Assembly: GCA_045126815.1 (NCBI GenBank)
Contig: JBGVPD010000071.1
Coordinates: 1-60,351, forward strand
DNA from: Eubacteriales bacterium
Lineage (GTDB): Bacteria > Bacillota > Clostridia > Oscillospirales > CAG-272
Length of the DNA stretch: 60,351 bases
Reading direction: 5' to 3'
How positions within the stretch are numbered: position 1 is the first letter of the stretch; the number at the start of each line of letters is the position of its first letter. Made by a program: the position numbers and the translations under genes. The notes beneath the pieces were generated by a model. That model saw only the letters and a program-made list of their open reading frames with translations. It made no database searches and had not been told where the DNA came from. Shown here piece after piece: positions 49,086-56,963 of this stretch.

Positions 49086-50747
49086 ATGGAAAGTGGTTTT
49101 AACTATAATATTCTGTTAAATCAAGCATTGGATAAAATTCGGAATATTAGAGATCCTCGCTCGCTACATCAAGAATATGTACTTTATGGGTTGAAAGAAA
49201 GCCAGAGTAATAGTGCAGTAAGTATTGGAGGAGAAGCTTTTGCAACGTATTCCGACATCGTTGAAAGCGCTCAAGCGGTAACCATTCAATGCTTAGAAAT
49301 GACAATATTCTATTTATTGCAGCACTATGGTTACGATGTCGAACGTGTTGATGCTTCTAAAATAAATAACGATGCTAATTTTGCCATTCTGGATAAAGCA
49401 AAGTCTACGCTCTTATTATTTAAGAAACCGTTTAATGACTTGGTTATTGCGGGACCTAATTGCGTTACTGATGATGAAGATAAAGCAAAAGAATGTTTTA
49501 ATGTTGAGAAATGTGTATGCGTTTTCTTGATGTATGATAGAGCACCCAAGCAGTTTATTCCGACTCTGGAATTAAACCAAATACTTGATAACTATGTTTT
49601 TTCATTAAAGACCCTGTTTGACCGCTATTTTAATGATGCGGAATTTGCGACCTTCCATAGGTGTTTTTCAAACTACACCAAATTCGTTAATAAGTATTTA
49701 GGATTTACAGTTGTAAAAAACTTAACACCCGTAGCACAAAGCAATTTTTCAAAAATTGTAAAGTATAGATTAGAACATTTTGACTATAAAAAACTACTGA
49801 CTATTGAGATGAATGGTAAAATCTTAATTGAGCCATCATACAATGAAATAGCAACGGAGTTCATAAAAAATAACAAGTATCTTATACTATTGGGTTCTCA
49901 AGATTTCGCAGAAAGTTTAATTACCGCAGAGTGGATGTATGACTCAATGAAAGAGGCTCAAGCAATAGATTTAACAATTATAGGAATGGGATATTTGAAA
50001 GCGGTGGAACAACTGATATATTCCATAGTTTTGCTTCATAAAAATGAGGGGCGAAATATTAAGAGTAATCAACGCGGAATATTGAACGTGTGCTTGGACG
50101 ATGAACACATCGATAATAATTCAATAGATTCTTCAATTGGTTCGTTGGCTAATTTCTGCAAAAACAACTTGGATATATTTAGTGGCAAAGTTCACTTCCA
50201 AGCAAAAAAATATGTTACAGAAACTATCTTCGCGTTTAAGGATATACGTAACGGTTATTTCCACAAGCACAATATTCACGATTGGTCAAAGATTGATGAA
50301 ATAAGAAATGTAACGTATTACTTGGCATTTTTATTATTGGGTGCGGCTGAGTTAACCGACAAGGACAAAGCCACGCTCGGCTTTCCCAATTGTGATTTTA
50401 TTAGCGATAAATACAAGTTATGCGAATACATAAATTATCACGATGACGATGCTTTCGTTCTTTGTTATGACAACGAAAAAGAAATTATAGCGATTGCCCA
50501 CCGTGACCTTAAGGCAAAAACCATAAACAACCTTTTCACACAGTATTCTGGAGCATATTTTTCGGAAATAGGAAGTCACACCATTATTGATATTTTTACG
50601 GATATGCCTAACGAAATCTATTTGTGTAGAATTGATTTTGAGCTTTCCGATGGAGTACAATTCAATCCGACAAAGGTTAAAAAAATCTTTGCATATGGTA
50701 AGTTTGTGGGACCTGACCCTTTTTCTGAAGATGGTACTCGATATTAA
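49086..50747 (+). CDS. 553-aa protein with a HEPN-like RxxxxH motif (putative RNase/Abi-type defence protein)
   Basis: GGAGG RBS; YLKAVEQLI helix and IRNGYFH (nt 50247-50264); AT-rich. Confidence 0.55.
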   Translation: MESGFNYNILLNQALDKIRNIRDPRSLHQEYVLYGLKESQSNSAVSIGGEAFATYSDIVESAQAVTIQCLEMTIFYLLQHYGYDVERVDASKINNDANFAILDKAKSTLLLFKKPFNDLVIAGPNCVTDDEDKAKECFNVEKCVCVFLMYDRAPKQFIPTLELNQILDNYVFSLKTLFDRYFNDAEFATFHRCFSNYTKFVNKYLGFTVVKNLTPVAQSNFSKIVKYRLEHFDYKKLLTIEMNGKILIEPSYNEIATEFIKNNKYLILLGSQDFAESLITAEWMYDSMKEAQAIDLTIIGMGYLKAVEQLIYSIVLLHKNEGRNIKSNQRGILNVCLDDEHIDNNSIDSSIGSLANFCKNNLDIFSGKVHFQAKKYVTETIFAFKDIRNGYFHKHNIHDWSKIDEIRNVTYYLAFLLLGAAELTDKDKATLGFPNCDFISDKYKLCEYINYHDDDAFVLCYDNEKEIIAIAHRDLKAKTINNLFTQYSGAYFSEIGSHTIIDIFTDMPNEIYLCRIDFELSDGVQFNPTKVKKIFAYGKFVGPDPFSEDGTRY

Positions 50748-50763
50748 AACATTAATTACTCAA

Positions 50764-50806
50764 ATACAGCCTACTTAGGTTTGTCCTAGTTAGGTTGTAT
50801 TTTTTG
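50764..50806. terminator. Terminator between convergent HEPN and recombinase genes
   Basis: ATACAGCCTA-CTTAGG..CCTAGT-TAGGTTGTAT followed by a T tract. Confidence 0.65.
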
Positions 50807-50866
50807 CTGATGCAAAGCATCTATTTAACGTTCTCTTATTATACAATCCGCAGGTGGCATAGCTCT

Positions 50867-52450
50867 CTACATCATCACCGTTTTCTCGCATCCGTTTCGA
50901 AAGGTGAATACAAGCCGTCCGTCATTGTGAACGGTGATGCGTTCAACGATTGCGTGAAAACGACCATCGCTCCATTCGGTATCCAGGCGATCAAGTTGGG
51001 ACAGTTCGAACAGAAATCCGCTGAGCACGTCGGCTTTAAATTTTCTTTCCTCCCGTTGCTGCGTAAGAGCTGTATAACGCTTCTGTAACCCTCTGTAACG
51101 TTCGGTCAGGCTTTCGTATGACTTAGTATATTCCTCTTGGTTAAGAGCCGTTATCGCATTGTCGGTAATGGCTTTTTCTATCATCTTTGTAACAATCTCA
51201 ATCTCTTCCGTGACCGATCTTATCTCGGCATCAATTTCAGTATGATCGGAAAGAGTTTTCTTTATAAGTCTTCCATCCTCAATTAAGGCTTCACGGTTTT
51301 CGATGAGAAAGCTCAATGCAATGATGGAATACTCCTTGAGTACATCTTCTGTAAAATGCGGTGTTGAGCATTTCTCCTCTCCCTTGAATTTATGATTGCA
51401 TTGCCATATAACACGGCGGTACTGATCGTTTGAGTGCCACACCTTGGGACCGAACCACTCTCCGCAATCCCCGCATATGACCTTCCCCGAGAAAGGACTA
51501 TTACAAGAAGTACGTTTCGGTGCGTTCTTACGTCGGCAGATCTCCCCCTGAACCATCTCCCACTCTGCCGGATCTATTATTGCAGGGTGGCTGTTCTCCA
51601 CGTAATACTGAGGAACCTCACCCTCATTGATTTTCATCTTTTTCGTTAAATAATCCGTTGTAAACTTCTTCTGAAGCCGTGCGTCCCCCTTGTATTTCTC
51701 GTTTGTAAGGATACTCTCCACGGTGCTCGTTTGCCACACCTTCTTTTTCCCCGGTGTGGGAACACCCTCGGTAGTAAGGTGTCTTGCAATGTAATTTGCG
51801 GATTTACCGTCGATAAACATTCGGTATATGCGCCGTACTATTTCGGCTTCATCCGGCACTATTTCGGGCAGACCGTTTGCTCCTTTTCTGTAACCGAGGA
51901 ATTGTTTATACGGCATGCTGACCTTGCCGTCGGCAAATCGCTTGCGTTGTCCCCAGGTCACGTTCTCGGAAATGGAACGGCTTTCTTCCTGGGCAAGGGA
52001 TGACATAATGGTTATGAGAAGCTCACCCTTGGAATCCATCGTCCATATATTTTCTTTTTCAAAGTACACCTCAACACCTTTGTCCTTGAGCTTACGGACG
52101 GTGGTAAGGCTGTCCACGGTATTACGGGCAAAGCGACTTACGCTCTTGGTTACGATGAGGTCGATTTTGCCGCTCAGAGCATCGGATACCATTCTGTTAA
52201 AGCCGTCACGCTTTTTTGTATTGAGGGCGGATATGCCTTCATCGGTATATACCTCAACAAATCCCCATTCGGGACGGCTTTTGATGTAATTGGTGTAGTA
52301 GTCCACCTGTGCCTCATAGCTTGTGAATTGTTCATCGCTGTCGGTGGACACACGTGCATATCCCGCTACCTTCCGTTTTGTTTTTGATGCTGTGGATATT
52401 CCCGTATGCAAATTTCGTGTGGCGGGTATTACGGTTACGTTCTTAGCCAT
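50867..52450 (-). CDS. Large serine recombinase (resolvase, recombinase and Zn-ribbon domains)
   Basis: YARVSTD, DEGIS, TKSVSRFARN, AQEESRSISEN, CGDCG, coiled coil. Confidence 0.95.
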   Translation of the reverse strand: MAKNVTVIPATRNLHTGISTASKTKRKVAGYARVSTDSDEQFTSYEAQVDYYTNYIKSRPEWGFVEVYTDEGISALNTKKRDGFNRMVSDALSGKIDLIVTKSVSRFARNTVDSLTTVRKLKDKGVEVYFEKENIWTMDSKGELLITIMSSLAQEESRSISENVTWGQRKRFADGKVSMPYKQFLGYRKGANGLPEIVPDEAEIVRRIYRMFIDGKSANYIARHLTTEGVPTPGKKKVWQTSTVESILTNEKYKGDARLQKKFTTDYLTKKMKINEGEVPQYYVENSHPAIIDPAEWEMVQGEICRRKNAPKRTSCNSPFSGKVICGDCGEWFGPKVWHSNDQYRRVIWQCNHKFKGEEKCSTPHFTEDVLKEYSIIALSFLIENREALIEDGRLIKKTLSDHTEIDAEIRSVTEEIEIVTKMIEKAITDNAITALNQEEYTKSYESLTERYRGLQKRYTALTQQREERKFKADVLSGFLFELSQLDRLDTEWSDGRFHAIVERITVHNDGRLVFTFRNGCEKTVMM

Positions 52451-53744
52451 TTTGTGTTCTCCTTTCCGAAGCCCTCTGCCTTGCTGCCTCTCTCATTTCA
52501 CCCGTCCAAACGTCGCTCCGAGAACGCGGCTTCCATCGTTTAACGGGTGTTTCTCCGCCTGCAAGGTGAAATATCAAAGCGTTTTCTTTTGTGGCTGTAA
52601 TTGCCGTTATCCTATCAAAAAACGCATTCGGCGTAAGTTCCGTAACACCGAGCACCTCAGATGCAAGCCTAAATAGCTCTTCCTCGGGGATTTGCTTTGA
52701 TGTGCACATCTCTTTGCCCTTCTCCTGATATAAAGCACAGTTCCAGGCTTTTCTGCCGTTGCTTGTAATACGCTTGTAATGTCTTCCGCAACTCTCACAA
52801 ACTATCATCCCGGAAAAGATGCTGCGCTCACAAGGAGTATGCTCGGATATACGGTGTGTGTTCCTTTGCAGGATCTCTCTGACGGCACAAAACAGTTCTT
52901 CATCAATGATACCTTCGTGAGTCCCCTCTGCATAATACATCGGAAGTTCTCCGGTATTGCGGAGTTCTTTTTTCTCCAAGTGGTTATTACGGTACTTCTT
53001 TTGCAAAAGGGCGTTACCGCAGTATTTTTCGTTTCCGAGCAAGGCAGCAATACGGCTAGCCTTCCATTTACCTCCGTTGGTACCCCTGATGCATCTGTTG
53101 TTGAGATCACGGGCAATGGCACCAAAGCTTTCTCCATCTGCTGCTCTTCGGAATATCTCTCGTACAATAGGTGCGGTAGCTTCATCAACCTCAAGGTTTC
53201 CTTTTACTACTCGGTAACCGAACATTCTGCGGACGTTCATTATCTTACCCTCTTGAAACTGCTTTCTGACCTTCCATTTCTGATTCTCACTTGCGGAGAG
53301 ACTTTCCTCCTGGGCATAGCTTGCAAGAATTGTAAGCATCAGTTCCCCGTCAGCACTTGCGGTGTGAATGCTCTGTTCCTCAAAATACACATCAACTCCC
53401 AGGCTCTTCAGTTCTCTAACAGTTTCAAGAAGAGTTATGGTGTTTCTCGCAAATCGCGATATGGACTTGGTTATGATCATATCCACCTTTCCGCTTCGGC
53501 AATCTGCGAGAAGCCTTTGAAAGTTTTCTCTGTTATCCTTTGTACCGCTCAAGGCTTCGTCCGTATATACTCCGGCATACTCCCAATCATTATGGCTTTG
53601 TATCATTTTGCTGTAATAGCTGACCTGTGCGGAGAGGGAGTGAAGCATGGCATCCTTACCTGTGGACACTCTCGCATATGCAGCTACACGCTTTTTCTTT
53701 GGTAACACTTCGGGAAAGTGTACTTGTTCGATTTTTCTTGCCAT
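52443..53744 (-). CDS. Second large serine recombinase
   Basis: YARVSTG, TKSISRFARN, AQEES.S.SEN, CESCG; overlaps the next recombinase by 8 nt. Confidence 0.95.
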   Translation of the reverse strand: MARKIEQVHFPEVLPKKKRVAAYARVSTGKDAMLHSLSAQVSYYSKMIQSHNDWEYAGVYTDEALSGTKDNRENFQRLLADCRSGKVDMIITKSISRFARNTITLLETVRELKSLGVDVYFEEQSIHTASADGELMLTILASYAQEESLSASENQKWKVRKQFQEGKIMNVRRMFGYRVVKGNLEVDEATAPIVREIFRRAADGESFGAIARDLNNRCIRGTNGGKWKASRIAALLGNEKYCGNALLQKKYRNNHLEKKELRNTGELPMYYAEGTHEGIIDEELFCAVREILQRNTHRISEHTPCERSIFSGMIVCESCGRHYKRITSNGRKAWNCALYQEKGKEMCTSKQIPEEELFRLASEVLGVTELTPNAFFDRITAITATKENALIFHLAGGETPVKRWKPRSRSDVWTGEMREAARQRASERRTQNG

Positions 53745-53803
53745 ATAACCTCCTGTGTATTACTTATAAGGTACTATATATATCACTCTAACCCCTCTGA
53801 AAG

Positions 53804-54031
53804 TCAAGCGATTTCAGAAAATAAACTACCCGAAGATAATCCGTACTTTTTGTTTAATACGTCAATAGCTTTCTTATAATCCGTGACCGTCAGAAGACCT
53901 TGCTTTACCATCCTTTCTACAAGTGCTGCGGAGGTGTGATAAAGAATAAGCCCGGACGGATCATACGGATTTCGCTCTGCGTGCTTTAAGGTAGCATTCC
54001 CGACTACAGTATTTACGACGGTTGTTTCCAT
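53804..54031 (-). CDS. Small SHOCT-like protein preceding the tandem recombinases
   Basis: MVKQGLLTVTDYKKAIDVLNKKY pattern typical of the small gene before LSR pairs. Confidence 0.65.
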   Translation of the reverse strand: METTVVNTVVGNATLKHAERNPYDPSGLILYHTSAALVERMVKQGLLTVTDYKKAIDVLNKKYGLSSGSLFSEIA

Positions 54032-54341
54032 AGCTCACAAACTCCTTTCCGCATTCCTCGCAAACGAGGCTGTAATATGCTTTTCGGTTTATGGATTCGG
54101 GATGAGAATTCCACCAAGCCATACGGCACTTATCCGAGCAGAACTTTTTCTCACGTCTTCCCGTGGGCTGCGATACAAATGCACCGCAAGTCATACAACG
54201 GCGGGTACCGGGGATATCGGGATGACGGCGGATATGCGAACGTACGGTATTGGGAGAAAGTTGTAGGATGAGGGCGATGTCACCTGCGGACTTGCCTTCC
54301 ATGCGAAGGTTATCGATTGCAATTTTATCTTGCGGTTTCAT
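53961..54341 (-). CDS. HTH plus Cys-rich zinc-ribbon protein
   Basis: IA..LQLSPNTVRSHIRR; CMTCG, FCSDKC, CEECG, YCSREC; AAAGGAGG RBS. Confidence 0.8.
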   Translation of the reverse strand: MKPQDKIAIDNLRMEGKSAGDIALILQLSPNTVRSHIRRHPDIPGTRRCMTCGAFVSQPTGRREKKFCSDKCRMAWWNSHPESINRKAYYSLVCEECGKEFVSYGNNRRKYCSRECYLKARRAKSV

Positions 54342-54402
54342 GTTTTATCCTCCTTTGTTTATTGGGAGAGCAACCGTAAAGGTTACTCCCCCGATTGTTG
54401 GT

Positions 54403-55410
54403 TTACGCCTTGACTTCAAGAACCTTTACGGCTTCGGGAAGAACGAGCTTGGCATCAATGCGCTCGGATGTGATGTAAGCAACCTGACCGTGATCGGCAT
54501 AACGTTCAACCAAACGCTTAATACTGCGCTTACCACGCTCACCGATCCAAAAGTGTGAGAAGTCACCGAAAAGGATAGGCTTTGCCCCGGCTTCTACCGA
54601 AGGAAGCTCGTTGGTTACGTATACGGGATAACCAAGGAGCGTGTCGGGCTCATCCTCGCTTAAGGAATTGATCCAAGCAGGCTTGCCGTCATAAAGACCA
54701 AGCTTCTTTAATCTCACCTCGGTGTCCTCGGAAAGAATGAATACGGCATTCTTGCGGTAAGGCTCCTTAACGGAATAAATGAGGTCGATGAGGTCATCAA
54801 AGCTCAGTGCATCGGCATCGTTTATTACCTTGCCCACCTCTGCCTGATGGATAATACCCACGGGTTTGCCGTTGCCGTCACCCGTAAAAAACGCCTCTTC
54901 CTCCGCCTTGGCTATGGAATAAACGAACATATGGCGGATGTATTCCTCAACATTGAAATTGGCGTCCTCCAAGAGCTCGTCCGAAACGAGAATGCGCTGT
55001 GCCAGCTTGTATGCCCCGAGCACAATCTCGCCAAAGGTTGTTTCGCTGATAGGTACGCTCTCACCCTCCGGAATCCAAACAGCAGAGCCCTCTTCTACAA
55101 CCTTGGGGATCTTCATTGTTTTAGTGGTCTTGATGACCGTAGCGAGTCTGCGGAGAAGGTTCTTGCGTGTCAAGCCCTCGACGAGCTTCTTCTCAAAGGT
55201 GTTCGGTACAAGGAAGCCACCCGAGCCGTCACTTCCTTTTTTGAGAGCGTTCTGAGGCATACCGGTGTGCATTACATCCCAAAATGCGGAGGCGTATGCT
55301 TCGTCAGATTTGAGCTCTGCTACGGTAGGATCACGCTTAATACCGAGCATTTCTTCTCTTAAAGCGTTGAGTTTTGAAAGATAATCATTGTAGTTTCTTT
55401 TGTTTTTCAT
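54403..55410 (-). CDS. HK97-family phage major capsid protein (solitary)
   Basis: GSDGSGGFLVP, W.PEG, VSDELLED, EEEAFFTGDG.GKP.G, LLGYPV, FGDFS, R.D.K....AVK. Confidence 0.9.
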   Translation of the reverse strand: MKNKRNYNDYLSKLNALREEMLGIKRDPTVAELKSDEAYASAFWDVMHTGMPQNALKKGSDGSGGFLVPNTFEKKLVEGLTRKNLLRRLATVIKTTKTMKIPKVVEEGSAVWIPEGESVPISETTFGEIVLGAYKLAQRILVSDELLEDANFNVEEYIRHMFVYSIAKAEEEAFFTGDGNGKPVGIIHQAEVGKVINDADALSFDDLIDLIYSVKEPYRKNAVFILSEDTEVRLKKLGLYDGKPAWINSLSEDEPDTLLGYPVYVTNELPSVEAGAKPILFGDFSHFWIGERGKRSIKRLVERYADHGQVAYITSERIDAKLVLPEAVKVLEVKA

Positions 55411-55444
55411 AATTGTTTCTCCTTGTATTTTGTTTGTTTTGGAT

Positions 55445-55545
55445 TTAGGGGTTAATACCCCATTTGTTTTTGTCTTTTTGTGCGTGAGGCCCCACGCCCG
55501 TTGTACGAGTGAAAGGCCCCGGAGATTTACATCCCCCTACCGGGT
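55445..55545 (-). other. GC-rich dyad region, candidate cos/packaging site
   Basis: Dyads GCGTG-AGGCCC-CACGC (55482-55497) and GGGG-TTAATA-CCCC (55448-55461), plus GTAGGGGGATGTAAATCTC on the minus strand, immediately upstream of the capsid gene. Confidence 0.4.
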
Positions 55546-55553
55546 ATGCACAC

Positions 55554-55733
55554 TTACCCCTTTTTGCTCGCTGTATTAACAAGCCATTCCTTATAAGCGT
55601 CAACGGGTATAAGAATTCGTGTACCGATGCGAATGGTCGGAAACCCATTTGATTTCACCAGCTCATAGGCTTTCGGCAAGCTTATTCCCATCTGTGCGGA
55701 CAGCTCTTGTACGCTGATTGTTGTCTTATCCAT
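55554..55733 (-). CDS. Excisionase-like HTH_17 protein, 59 aa (not in ORF track)
   Basis: GAAAGGAGGT RBS; MDKTTISVQELSAQMGISLPKAYELVKSNGFPTIRIGTRILIPVDAYKEWLVNTASKKG*. Confidence 0.85.
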   Translation of the reverse strand: MDKTTISVQELSAQMGISLPKAYELVKSNGFPTIRIGTRILIPVDAYKEWLVNTASKKG

Positions 55734-55830
55734 AAACTCACCTCCTTTCAGACAACAAAAAAGCCCATACGGATTTGGAGATCCGTAAAGGCTTTAGATA
55801 TTAAATTGAGCACAGGACTATTTTGTTGTC

Positions 55831-56135
55831 CATTATAATGATACCATATAACCGGCGTTTTGTTTGTTCCATTTGTTCCGATTTTACGATGTTTCATCAT
55901 ATGATACCATTTGTCATTATAATTATATCACACTATGGTTGTTTAATTTGTTTATTTTGTTGGAATTTTTCTCATTAAAATATTACGGGGTATAGTTTTG
56001 CTTTTTAGGAGTAAGAAGCTTTTATGGAGGAATGGTACGGTCGATTACTATATTTCGTCATATGATACCATTTGTCATTATAATTATATCACATTATGGT
56101 TGTTGCATTTGTTTACATTTGTTGCGTATTTTCTC
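55831..56135 (-). repeat. Three leftward promoter-like modules; two form an ~80-bp direct repeat (55892-55973, 56053-56135)
   Basis: Minus strand: AACAAA(T) short direct repeats, then TGTGATATAAT or TGGTATCAT, then TATAATG. Confidence 0.7.
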
Positions 56136-56254
56136 TTTTTTGAAAAATTGCGATGTATAAATTATGGTCTTTTTGAAAAATCGTGGGGAACGTGATGTTT
56201 TTGAGAAGTGCTGTAAAGTATCATATCATACCAGAGATGCTTTTATAGAGGAAT

Positions 56255-56647
56255 GGTGCGGTCGTTGATAGTCATATATAGAAACTCTCTATAGAGTAAA
56301 AAATTTAGTATAAGAGAAAGTTTAGTATATGACTATAGGAGACCGCAACATATAGATAAAAAAGGGATACAACACATGCAATAGTTATGGCGCCGGATGT
56401 CACAAACGATGTTTTATACGATATAAAAATCGTTTATGCATCAAAGGGGGTGAGGTCGACGATAGTCATATATAAAATTCTCTATAGAGCCAAAAAAATA
56501 AGTATAAGAGAAAGTTTAGTAAATGACTATTGGCGATCTCACCCCGCCATGTTGCAGTCAATGATGGTCATATATAAAACTTTTCTATAGAGTAAAAAAA
56601 TTAGTATAAGAAAAAGTTTAGTATATGACTATATGAGACCGCAACAT
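56255..56647. repeat. Three ~95-100 bp imperfect palindromic repeats (56255-56349, 56447-56545, 56549-56647)
   Basis: Shared core GTCATATATA(G/A)AA..TCTATAGAG..AAAAAA..AGTATAAGA.AAAGTTTAGTA.ATGACTAT with self-complementary outer arms. Confidence 0.9.
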
Positions 56648-56738
56648 ATCACCCAAAACAATGAAATCTTATGCCGAATTATTGATTTTTTCACGGAACT
56701 GTGATATGATATTGAATATACGATACGGAGGTGTCATT

Positions 56739-56963
56739 ATGGCTGTCAGTTATAAAAAACTTTTTCATATGATGATCGAGCAGGATGTGTCCAATGCACA
56801 ACTAATGCGTGAGGCAAACATATCTGCAAATATTATAACAAAACTAAAAAATGGTCAGTACATTGCCTTGGACAAGGTTGAAAGTATTTGCAATGCTATG
56901 AAATGTACACCGAATGACATATTGGAATTTGTACCGAATGCGGAGGGAACGAACAATGGCTGA
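56739..56963 (+). CDS. Cro/C1-type (HTH_26) regulator
   Basis: MAVSYKKLF...ICNAMKCTPNDILEF; GGAGGT RBS. Confidence 0.88.
   Translation: MAVSYKKLFHMMIEQDVSNAQLMREANISANIITKLKNGQYIALDKVESICNAMKCTPNDILEFVPNAEGTNNG

Noticed and set aside
52779-53705. 308-aa plus-strand ORF
   Set aside because: Lies wholly antisense to a clear serine recombinase and has no recognisable motifs.
55445-55648. 67-aa minus-strand ORF from the track
   Set aside because: No RBS; it overlaps out of frame with the better supported Xis-like ORF 55554-55733.
55998-56590. Short ORFs 55998-56195 and 56387-56590
   Set aside because: They run through the repeat/palindrome region with no convincing RBS or protein features.
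56255-56647. Three long repeats as a CRISPR array
   Set aside because: Units are ~95 bp and degenerate, gaps are very unequal (~97 and ~3 bp), and no cas genes are present.
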